Source of the DNA: Octopus sinensis
Lineage: Eukaryota
Length of the DNA: 64,000 bases
Reading direction: 5' to 3'
NCBI RefSeq assembly: GCF_006345805.1
Contig: NC_043004.1
Location: 103,044,001 to 103,108,000, forward strand
Under the pieces are notes generated by a model, which made no database searches, was not told where the DNA came from, and was given only the letters and a program-made list of their open reading frames with translations. Positions 52,795-64,000 of this stretch are shown in pieces (position 1 is the stretch's first letter; every line of letters begins with the position of its first letter). Made by a program: the position numbers and the translations under genes.

Positions 52795-53400
52795 ATGTAC
52801 AACAAGAAGGTCGATATAGCTCGTAGGATGAGTTCCTGGATCTTAAGAACTTTCCGGTCCAGAGAACAAGGTGTCATCATACCACTTTTTTCCTCCCCTC
52901 CTGTACAGCCACACCTTGAATACTGCTGCCCACTGTGGTCTCCTCACACAAGACAAAACTTCCAGATTGAGTCACCCCAGAGGGCTCTCACTAAACAAAT
53001 TGAAGGCTGGCTGCTCTCGATTATTGGGATCGCCTTAAAGCCTTGAAACTTTACTCCCTCCAGCGTCGCCGTGAGCGGTACATCATTTGTACGATGTGGA
53101 AAATATATCGCCACTTTGCCCAAACGATCTAAACATTAGCTTCAAGGTTCATCCAAGACTTGGACCACGGGCTATATACGTCCCCTGCCAAATTCAAGAT
53201 CACAACATACATGTACACTGCAACATAATTTCTTTTCCAACAGCCCTGCCCTATTTAACATTGTCCCGAGAGAGATCAAAGAGGAAAAGGATCCCATCAA
53301 CTTTAAACAGAGTCTGGATAGATTCCTTCAAAGAATACCAGATAAGCCACCCATAATTGGATATAACTCACCCAACAAGAACTCACTACTTGAACAAAAC
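52795..53400 (+). mobile_element. CR1-clade LINE 3' fragment
   Basis: WILRTFRSRE; VQPHLEYCCPLWSP; IESPQRALTKQI; frameshifted YWDRLKALKLYSLQRRRERY. Confidence 0.8.
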
Positions 53401-53563
53401 TGGATACATCTCACCCAACAAGATCTCACTACTTGAACAAAACTTGACATAAACAAAACTTGACTTAAACAGGATTCGAATAATCCTATCAGGTGGTGCT
53501 ATTATGTTAGACATGGCCTGGACCAATCTCTGGTCGAAACATATCTAAGTTTTATCTAAGTTT

Positions 53564-53614
<51 letters not shown>

Positions 53615-54390
53615 TATATAAAAAGGAACAAGAGCGTGAAATACACAGAAACGAACACAAAAAACGGACGGGTCATTCGAAGCCTTTAATTTTCAGTCAG
53701 AAACCGGATCATCATAGCAAATTTCGGCTGATTAATTCTGATATTTGCTCCGAAACGGCCAGCCCCAATGAAAAACTAAGCTGCGAGCATTAGATTTCTT
53801 GGAAAAAGGATCGAATGTAAACGAAACAAGAACAGAAAAACGGACGAATATAAATACAAAAAACAAAAACAAAAACAAAAATAAATATAAAACAAGAATG
53901 GTAATAACAGGACAACAGCAGGTGTCTTACGACTTTAAACAAATTTAACTTATCTAACAGGCGTGTTTTGAAAAAAATGCCTTTTCGGCAAGGAAGATAA
54001 TGTTGAACCGGCAGCGGTCACCAGCGGAATGGGTGGTTATTCAGCAGGTCACATATATATAAAAATATATATACATACAGAAGCAGAAGAGAGAGGGTGG
54101 GGTGTGGCTGTGTGCGTTTACACAGGTCAATATTGCACCAGTCCAATATTTGTACTGAGGTCGGTATGACCCAGTAAACATGGGTCTATTACTTTATCTT
54201 TTCGTCTAAGACCAGTAATAAAACAAAACAGTAAATGTGTGTGTGTGTGTAAACAAGTTCGAAACGTAGTACTTTCGAACTATTAAGTTCTACTTAGTAA
54301 CTTCTGTCTTTCTTAAAAGAACATTAGCTGTGAACATCCTCTGCGCTTGCATTATATTTTGTATTTCATCTTAGTTTTTTAATTGATTTG

Positions 54391-54453
<63 letters not shown>

Positions 54454-54488
54454 ATCTATCTATCTACATATCTATCTGTCTGTCTGTC

Positions 54489-54551
<63 letters not shown>

Positions 54552-54620
54552 GTCTATCTATCTATCTATCTATTTATCTATCTACCTACCTACCTACCTA
54601 CCTACCTACCTACCTATCTA

Positions 54621-54652
<32 letters not shown>

Positions 54653-54653
54653 C

Positions 54654-54684
<31 letters not shown>

Positions 54685-54708
54685 CCTATCTACCTATCTA
54701 TCTATCTG

Positions 54709-54751
<43 letters not shown>

Positions 54752-54848
54752 GTCTATCTATCTATCTATCTATCTATCTACCTATCTACCTATCTGTCTA
54801 TCTATCTATCTATCTATCTATCTACCTATCTACCTATCTATCTATCTG

Positions 54849-54912
<64 letters not shown>

Positions 54913-54931
54913 CCTATCTACCTATCTATCT
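54391..54931. repeat. (CT)n followed by (TCTA)n compound microsatellite
   Basis: Direct reading. Confidence 0.97.
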
Positions 54932-55496
54932 TTCCGTATGCACACGCTTGTATGTGTGCGCTTGTTGATTTGCCTGCGTATGTTTATTATATATGTTTCT
55001 ATTAATTTTTGGATATGTGCTTACATGTGTGTGTGTGTGTGTGTGTTATTCGTTTTCCTATTCATCTTTTCCCTATCCGCTTATCTCTCTTGCTATCTTC
55101 CGTTTATCTAACTGTTCCAGACTGGCTGAAACTGATACAAGAATAATATCCATTAGTATATTTACGTATATTTATATGCCTATTTCCTTGCGTATGTATG
55201 TATGTATGTATGTATGTATGTATGTATGTATGTATGTATGTATGTATGTATGTATGTATGCATGTATGTATGTATGTGTGTGTGTGTATGCATGCATGCG
55301 TGTAGGTAGATAAATAGATAGATAGATAGATAGATACATACATACATACATACATACATACATACATACATACATACTACATAGACACAAGCACATATCT
55401 GTATATCTATATTTGCTGGCATGCTTTTTATCTATCTATCGATCTATCTATCTATCTATCTATCTATCATCTATCTATCTATCTATCTATCTATCG

Positions 55497-55533
<37 letters not shown>

Positions 55534-55593
55534 GTCTATCTATCTATCCTATCTATCTATCTATATCTAATCTATCATCTATCTATCTATCTA

Positions 55594-55636
<43 letters not shown>

Positions 55637-56074
55637 GCCTATCTATCTATCTGTTTGTCTGCCTGTCTGTCTGGCTGGCTGGCTGTCTGTCTGTCTCTCT
55701 GTCCTCCTGCTTATTTTACTATCCACGTACCTGTATATGTAGATATTCACCTGTATAACACATTGCGCATTGTCTAAGTATATTACGTTCTAAAGAATTT
55801 AAGGCGTAGAAGGTAAAAAAATAAATAAATAAATAAGCAAAGAACAAAAGAAAGATAATGAATGAAAGAAAGAAAAGCATGTGAAAAAATTAAACATGAT
55901 TGATTAGATCGATCACCAGTATATTGGTAGAGTTGGTCTGCGGTAGCAACTGGAAAAGGCTGAAATACTTCAGACTAACGATCGTATGTGTACGCATGCG
56001 TGGAGTATCTGGCAGAAGATTTCTCTCAGCTGATAACTCTCTATCACTGTCTCTGCTTGACTTCCTGTCAAACT

Positions 56075-56137
<63 letters not shown>

Positions 56138-56431
56138 ATCCTCTTTCTCTCCCTCTCTCCTCTTCTCTCTCTTTTCATTTCAACACCACAAGTTCTTCGT
56201 CCCCCCACCACCCTAATTTTTCAACGCTGTTTTTGCAGTGATGTCCATTGGGCTAACTCCAGGTCAATTTGACCAGCTAGCAGTGCCTTGGCTCTTTTGC
56301 TCACTCCTTCTACGATGTTTTGCTGCCAACAAATTCACCATCTTTCTCTTTTGAAGTTTTTTTTCTCATAATTTTCGTTTTTATGCTGATAATAATGCTA
56401 TTATTATCAACATTACTTTATTCACAGCAAA

Positions 56432-56463
<32 letters not shown>

Positions 56464-56491
56464 GCTAGCTAGCTATCTAGCTATCTATCTG

Positions 56492-56576
<85 letters not shown>

Positions 56577-56591
56577 TTATCTATCTATTTA

Positions 56592-56675
<84 letters not shown>

Positions 56676-57675
56676 GTGTGGGTATTTGTGCGCGTGCGTG
56701 AACGCGTGTGTGTATAAATTTATTTAAGTATACATATACATTTGTGTCTACATGTGTCTGCGTACACACATGCATTCATACAGATGTACATACAAGCATA
56801 CATACATACATACATACATACATACATACAGATTTACAGCAATATTGGTATCATACTGAATATTGTGTACGTGTATATGGATGCATGACTGTATCTATGC
56901 ATTATGATCGTATGTGTGTATATGTGTACACACGTGTGTATGCGAGCATACGCTTGTGTGCGAGCGAGAGTGCGTGCGTGCGCACTCGCGCGTGTTTAAT
57001 TTCTGCTCGCCGAGGTCAGCCTTACCTTTCATCCTTCCGGAGTCAATCATTGCTGTTGATACAATCGATTAACTCCTTGCAAACTTACATGTTTTGTGCC
57101 TGTCATAAAAAATGTCCTTCCAGGGTCGATAATATAAAGTATCGGTGTTGTAATGTTGTTCAATGTAATCGAACTAAACCCCTCTGCCCCCAAATCACTG
57201 GCCTTGTGTCTAAATCAGATGTTCTGTCTAGCTTTGCTAAATCAGTTTTCGTCCAATCTACAAAAGCTGTTGATTAACTAATTAATGATAATGACCAAGT
57301 ATTTACAGCTTTCACTAGATTCGGACCATTTAGCTTTGACTTCATTAGTTTCCTCACTATTCTGATGTACTCCTCAATTTCGTTTTCATTTCTATAGTTA
57401 GTACTCTATCAGATTCTAATACTCCTAACAGATACAAGTAAAAGAATAGCCGCAACAAATAGTTTCGAGGGAGTCTCAGTCGTCGACGAGAGAGGGGAAG
57501 AGACAGACAAGTGTCTTGTCACAAAAGTGAGAGAGGGTGACAGTTCTTCACCTATTGGCGTGAGTACCAGACAAGCAAGCAGGCAAAACAAGATGACCGT
57601 CCCAATCACAAGCAACAACAACAACTTTGCCAACACCACCACCATCACCTCTGTCACGACTACTACGAACAAATC

Positions 57676-59375
57676 TTGAGGGAGTTGTTCCCTGTCCCAC
57701 ATCGACTGGAACAGGCTGGTGAGCTGACTGATCATGGTGGGGCCGCCCGACTTGAACACCTCTGCAGGGATGGCGTCAGAGCCTGGAGCTTTGCCGGTGG
57801 ACATTTTTTTGATGGCTCTGCTCACTTCCTCGACTGCAGGGGGAACAGCCAACTCGTGGTTTGTCGGCACCTGGGGGAGTCGTGCGATGGCTTCCTCGTT
57901 GATCTGGGCTGGTCGGTTGAGCACGATGTTGAAATGCTCCGCTCATCTCTCCAGGATCAGCCTCTTGTTAGTCAGGAGTGAGGTTCCATCCGAGCTGAGC
58001 AGGGGGGTTGATCCAAAGGAGAACTGCGGTCCATAGACAGCTTTCAGCGCCTCGTAGAATTTCTTGGTGTCGTGTTTGTCTGCGTATCCCTGAATCTCAT
58101 CCGCCTTGGCGCTTAACCATGCGTCTTGCATGAGGCGGAGTTTAGCCTGGACTGTGCTGCGAATGTTGTTGAAAGCGGCCTTCTTTGCCGTGCAGGTGGT
58201 GTCATTTTGGTGAGCCCGCAGCAGACGGCGTTTCTCTTCCAGGAGCTTTTGGATTTCCTGGTCGTTTTCGTCGAACCAGTCCTGGTGGTTCCTCGCAACT
58301 TGGCCCAGAGTTTCAAGGGCGATGGAATGAACCGTGTCCCTGAATGATTCCCACTGCTCATCGATGCTGGACTGGTCACTCCGAATGTCCAACAGCTTGC
58401 TGTCCATACGTGACTGGAGATCTTGTGCAGTCAGCTGGTTCTTTAATTTTGTGATGTTATGCTTCCTCGTCACTTTCTGACCCTGTGGTCTTCTCTTAGG
58501 TCGGATGTAGAAATCCATCCTGGAGATAATGAGGCGATGGTCCGTCCAGCAGTCAGCTCCGCACATGGCTTTGACCAGTCTCACGTCCCGCCTGTCTTTC
58601 GCCCTGACGATGACGTAATCTATCAGATGCCAGTGTTTGGAGCGTGGATGCATCCATGATGTCTTGTTGCGTGTTGGCAGACGGAACAAGGTGTTGGCGA
58701 TGGTAAGATCATGAGAGGCACACGCACGCAGGAGGAGCTGTCCGTTGCTGTTGCACTTTCCGATTCCTTGCTTTCCCAGTACGCGATGCCAGGCTTGGTG
58801 GTCAGTCCCGACACGGGCGTTAAAGTCCCCAAGGAGGATGAGCTTCCCAGGCTGGGCTGACGTGATGAGGGAGTCGAGTTCCTCATAGAACCTGTCCTTA
58901 ACTTCTTCAGGGTTGGTCATGGTGGGGGCATAAGCACTGATGATGGTCGCACTAGTCTTGTTTTCAAGTGGGAGCTGCATCTTCATCAGCCGATCGTTGA
59001 TACCCTCGAGGGTGCAAAACCAACACCAGCCTCACGACGCTCTTCACTGCTGCGACCACTCCAAAAGAAAGTGTAGCCGCCACCTGTCTCTGTCAGCTGG
59101 CCTTTGTCCGCAAGGCGGGTCTCGCTCAGTGCTGCAATATCGACATTGTGTCAGCTCAGTTCTCTGGCCACCAGGGCAGTTCGTCTCTCTGGTCTGTCCG
59201 CTTTGGTGTTGTCAAGCAGAGTTCTCACATTCCAAGTTGCGAAAGTGAGCACCTTTGTTTGTTTACTTTCTTTGTTTCGACCGCTTGGAAAGGATCCCCG
59301 CCAGCCGCGGTTTGCTGACCAGGGTGAGGTGAGGCAGGCTATGTTTAGGGCAACCTTTTCTAGCCCCGTCCTCAT
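57676..59375 (-). pseudogene. RTE ORF relic (APE endonuclease plus RT N-terminus)
   Basis: ORF-track pieces 59151..59375, 57943..58986 and 57409..57924 are consecutive parts of one ORF. Confidence 0.9.
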
Positions 59376-59965
59376 GCTGGGGAGGCGAGCAGAGCGATCC
59401 TGAAGAGGGCTGCTCGGTCACTCAGGAGGCTGCCGGACTCCACTGCTGCCTCAGTTCAGTGAGGGGCGACCACATGTCCTGAGCCGCCTGTGTGTGGGTT
59501 CACGACTGCAGCTCCCAGTGTATCCTCACCTGCTACTTCGCCGTTTCCCCATCGCCACAGGACTTTGGGATGGTGTCATGACGTCATGATGTCGTGACAT
59601 GCGCGTGAATTGGATTATAGTGAGGGTGACTTGCGCAGGATCAGCCTCACTCTCTCGTCCTGGTGCGCCGGATCCAGTGGCAAGACAAAGTCAAGACGAC
59701 TGGGGGTAGACCAAGATGCAGGAGCTGCCGGAAGGTGGCACGCATGGCGCAATCCAACCGCCTTAGGGGCTCCACTCCGGATTTTGGATGGCCATTGACT
59801 CATGAGAGAGTTCCTCTGCCCTTTGACAGGTTTTGTTTTTAGTCCTGCTGGGTGTCCAAATCACCCTCCTCACCAAGAAATCTTGGTGGGGTTGCCAGTT
59901 TAGTCGCCAACGATCCGACCATGTAATAGGTTGTACTGGGTTACATGTTACCAGTAGCTCCAAGC
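57676..59965 (-). mobile_element. RTE-clade (BovB/RTE-1-like) LINE with 5' UTR and APE domain, 3'-truncated at RT start
   Basis: TWNVRTLLD; IAALSETRL; ISAYAPT; LILLGDFNARVG; HLIDYVIV; WTDHRL; GKAPGSDAIPAEVFK; two nonsense changes and one deletion/frameshift. Confidence 0.93.
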
Positions 59966-60084
59966 GGAGACCTGACAATGAACAACAGCAGCAACAACAA
60001 CAATAACAACAGCAGCAGCAGTAGAAACAGCAGCAGCAGTAGAAACAGCAGCATAAGCAACAGCAAAAACGATATATATATTTC

Positions 60085-60309
60085 TTTACTGCCCACAAGG
60101 GGCTAAACATAAAGGGGACAAACAAGGGCAGACATAGGGATTAAGTCGATTACATCGACCCAGTGCGAAACTGGTACTTTATTTATCGACCCCGAGAGGA
60201 TGAAAGGCAAAGTCGACCTCGGCGGAATTTGAACTCAGAACGTAACGGCAGACGAAATACGGCTACGTATTTCTCCCAGCGTGCTAACGATTCTGCCAGC
60301 TCGCCGCCT
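60085..60309 (-). mobile_element. SINE family 2
   Basis: Reverse complement of 16687-16910. Confidence 0.88.
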
Positions 60310-60349
60310 TAGTCAACACCAACTATAGCAACAACGATAGGATTCACAA

Positions 60350-61030
60350 AATTGCAGGAACAAACCACTCTGGAAGGAAAACATGCGTACCTGAGCAAAG
60401 CAGAAAAACTACTCAATAGAGGGGAAAGGAAAACCAAGCTTGCTATCCCTTCAGATTTGATTGAGAAGACGGTCAGAAGGACCATCGTATATAGATGTGT
60501 GCCGCTAAAGACGAGGGAAATTTTCAATGTGTCACACATCCAAATAGAAAAATGCTTGAAGGGCATTTGAACTGGTATTGATTTCCTCACACGAGGAAGA
60601 CAATATGATTCTATGGAAATGAAGTTCCTCACAGAGGCACTGGCCCAAAAACACTCAGTGGGCCAGTACAAACACGAGGATGGTGGAAGTTAAAAGATCA
60701 GATGTGCCACCAGAATTATATGTTTGGTAGTTGGTTGCGTGCGCTGTGATCGAAGGCCCGGATTCGCTTCTAGAAATTAAAAAATATCAGAATGAGAACT
60801 GGTCTTGAATTGGGTTGGAGATTTTGATCCAGGTAAAATCGGAATCCCTGAACAAGATCCCCGACCTTATCGAGCTGCCCAACGGATCTCAACTCCAGGT
60901 TGTGGTGGAAGGCAGAAAGCCAAGATGCCACACTTGTGGGTCTAACATACATTTGAAGGCCCTCCAACAAGAGTTCGAGGAAAGGCGGCTCTGCCACCAC
61001 CACAAGAAGGTCAAAAGCTGCAACAACAAT
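60350..61030 (+). pseudogene. Probable LINE ORF1 relic with degenerate Zn knuckle
   Basis: KIPDLIELPNGSQLQVVVEGRKPRCHTCGSNIHLKA (C-x2-C-x4-H, last Cys lost); frameshifts. Confidence 0.55.
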
Positions 61031-61350
61031 CAATGTATCAACAGCCATTAAAGCAACGTCTTCAGCAGCAGAACCTCACCACCACAGTGGCACCAACAAC
61101 TGTAGCGGTGGAAACAAGCAACGCCCGACCATTCTTACAGGCGGGCGACACAGATACACCATGTACTCCCGACACGGGCAATTCAGAAGCCTTATCATGC
61201 GACGCAGAGGAATTGAATTCCCCAAAAAGAACTTGCGTTGGGGAAAAGCGAAAAAATAGTTTAAAAAAAGGCCATCCTAAGCCTTTGGTGGTGGGAATAC
61301 GGGGGTTCGATCATGTCTGTAGAATGAGTGGGGTAACGAGCAAATACAAT

Positions 61351-61516
61351 TATACTCTTTTACTCTTTTACTTGTTTCAGTCTTTAGTGGAGCAAATCGA
61401 CCCCGGGACTTATTCTTTGTAAGCCCAGTACTTATTCTATTGGTCTCTTTTGCCGAACCGCTAAGTTACGGGGACGTAAACATACCAGCATTGGTTGTCA
61501 AGCAATGCTAGGGGAA

Positions 61517-61557
<41 letters not shown>

Positions 61558-61745
61558 ACATATATATATATACATATATACGACAGGCTTCTTTCAGTTT
61601 CCGTCTACCAAATCCACTCACAAGGCATTGGTCAGCCCGGGGCTATAGCAGAAGACACTTGCCCAAGATGCCACGCAGTGAGACTGAACCCGGAACCATG
61701 TGGTTGGTTAGCAAGTTACTTACCACACAGCCACTCCTGCGCCTA
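61351..61745 (-). mobile_element. SINE family 1 (near full length)
   Basis: Reverse complement match. Confidence 0.88.
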
Positions 61746-62842
61746 CGTTTATGTTTGGGAAAATCGAAGATAAAAGAAGAGGCCGACCAATGAAAGCTGA
61801 CTTAGTGATACTGAGATGAGAACAGGGGTGAGAAGACCGGAAGCTTCATCATCACTATCATTATCATTGTCGTTTTATGTTCTATGTTCGCATGGGACGG
61901 ACAGAATTTGTTGTGGTGGATTTTCTACAGCTGGATGCCCTTACCTGTTTCCGAGTAAGGTAATATTTCCCCAAAACCAAACATTTTTTTATCCACGGAA
62001 GACTTGAAATGAAGGACATTGTTTGCATGACGGTGACACTCACACAACTATCACATGATGTCAAAACAAAGACATAGTGACACAGGTACACGCAAACACA
62101 GACATCCACCCCACCCCCCGCGTGCACACACACACACACACACACAAGCACGCATATATGACAAGCTTGTTTCAGTTTCCATCAACCAAATCCATTCATA
62201 AGAATTTGGTCCGCTCGATCGCAGAAGTCATTAGTCCAAGGACTCACACAGAAAGACAGAATCCGAAATCACGTAGTTGGGAAGCAAACTTCTTACCATA
62301 CAGCCACGCTTGCATCTAATGCATAAAGAAAGCCCAAGTTCGAAAGGGATGGGAAAAGATGGTGGAAAATACGGGTTTTCCAACGATAGAAATGTTATGG
62401 TAATGACAACTTTACTTCATGTTCACAGATTAAAAAAAATATTTAATAAAAAAAGAAGAAATGACCTCAGTCAGCAGTCATTAAAATATATAACAATACA
62501 CTGATATAGGTTTAATCGACTGTGCCCTACCATCCTACCATTACACTCACCAAAATGACATTGTTGAGAATTCTTTACTTAAACTCTGCTGAAAGATAAG
62601 ATCAGTATATCAAAGACAACATAAATACCTTGAAATTTTTATTTTCCATTCGGCTATTTTGACCCACAGCTGGAGGAAGTCTGAATTTGTAGTTGTCCGT
62701 TTATCTGTTGGTTGTAGGCCTGCATGTCCACATTGACCATTCTACTCAGAAACGCTACGAAAGTGCTTGCAGCTGATTTAGACATACAGCAAAGGAGCCA
62801 GTATGTTGTTCCATATTTTGCTTTAGTCCAAGAGTCCAAGAG

Positions 62843-62902
<60 letters not shown>

Positions 62903-62931
62903 CCTATCTATCTATCTATCTATCTATCTGT

Positions 62932-64000
62932 TGGTGGTTTGCCCTCAAGAGAGCAGTAAAAGCAGAAGCGATTAGGTACAGCAAAGCACTAGCCATAGAT
63001 AGAAATAGAGTAGAGGGTGAGCTAGTTAAGAAGCTAGAAGAGGCAATTAGAAGCGGCATCGCATCCGACGTTTTGGCGGCGAGGTTGGCCCTCGACCAAC
63101 ACTTCAACGCCAAACACGAAGGATGTGCTCTCAGAGCTAGGATGCGTGCTCTAAGGAACGAAGGTATTGGAGCCGCGAGAGAGGCCCGGGTGGCAGAGGC
63201 GCAACAGGGCAACAAAGCCACCATTCGGTCCCTGGTAGATGAACAGGGGCGCGAATTGCTCGAGCCAAGTAAAATGTGTGAGGCCTTTCAGCAGCATTTT
63301 GCCCGACTGTTCGGAACGAGTGGAGGGCAAGAACGTAGGGTGGACTTCAGTGCCTACCTACATAGCCTACCACGACTCTCGACAAGAAAGGCAGGGTGCT
63401 GCGAAGGTGCCATCACGGCGGCGGAAGTGCAGGAAGCGATGGCAGAATGCTCGCGGGACAAATCACCGGGTTTGGATGGTCTACCCTACGAGCTTTACAA
63501 TTGTATGCCAGACTTGTTTGGAGATCTCTTGGCGGCGGTGTACTGCAACTGGCAGCAAAACGGGAGCATTCCTGGTTTTGTGAGCCGAGGAGTCGTAACA
63601 CTGCTGAAGAAAGATCTAAACAAGGGAAATGTAATAGATAACTTTAGGCCCATCACTCTGCTTAATGCAGACTTGAAAATTTTGGCCAAGTTGCTAGCCA
63701 AGAGGTTGGCGCTTGTCATCGAGAAACTGGTCGACAAGGCGCAAACATGCGCCGTGCCAGGCCGGACCATCCATGACAACCTCCACCTGATGCGCCACAT
63801 CATAGACAGGGTAGTTAACGAACCTGGCATGGGTGGGGCGCTGATCAATTTGGATCAATCGAAAGCTTTCGATAGGGTGGACCATCGATACTTGGAGGCG
63901 GTCCTCGGAGCGGCTGGCTTCGGTCCCGTCTTCCGCGGCTGGATAACCGCTTTGTACAGAGGCATCCTTTCGGTAATTCGCGTGAATGGACATCTATCGA
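62932..64000 (+). CDS. L1/Tx1-clade LINE ORF2, reverse transcriptase region (5'-truncated, open to window edge)
   Basis: 356 stop-free codons by manual translation: DKSPGLDGLPYELY; NFRPITLLNADLKILAK; LDQSKAFDRVDHRYL; VIRVNGHLS; missing from the ORF track, presumably because no stop falls in the window. Confidence 0.93.

Noticed and set aside
59820-59960. Twister or HDV ribozyme in the RTE 5' UTR (GAGGAGGG present)
   Set aside because: No CCCAAGC loop or matching P1/P2 found by eye; needs a descriptor search
60350-64000. ORF1 relic and ORF2 as one intact LINE
   Set aside because: Very different decay levels, 1.9 kb of unrelated sequence between them and no APE domain

Overview
Repeat-saturated animal genomic DNA, most likely an octopus or other coleoid cephalopod. 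That assignment is inferred from the SINE families, very long TA/TATG/TCTA microsatellites and TTAGGG repeats, not from a search. One 100-N scaffold gap lies at 33927-34026. No host protein-coding exon could be supported, and nearly all ORF-track entries are microsatellite translations. The window holds three tRNA-derived SINE families and relics of L1/Tx1, RTE, CR1 and RLE-type (R4/Dong/NeSL-like) non-LTR retrotransposons. An uninterrupted L1/Tx1 RT frame runs off the right edge. There are two Penelope-like elements (PLEs), several MITEs, a Tigger relic and a Helitron-like element. The most interesting layer is RNA structure: at least four unrelated families of type I hammerhead ribozyme (HHR) motifs. 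One has a fully canonical core (48241-48292, minus strand) inside a ~330-nt direct-repeat unit resembling a retrozyme or PLE terminal repeat. Another lies in both arms of a 612-bp near-perfect foldback (36471-37082). Also notable: a 47-bp minisatellite born next to a LINE RT catalytic motif, a permuted inverted duplication containing a filled/empty SINE site pair, and a SINE-derived 192-bp tandem array. All folding and translation was done by eye; no ribozyme activity is demonstrated.
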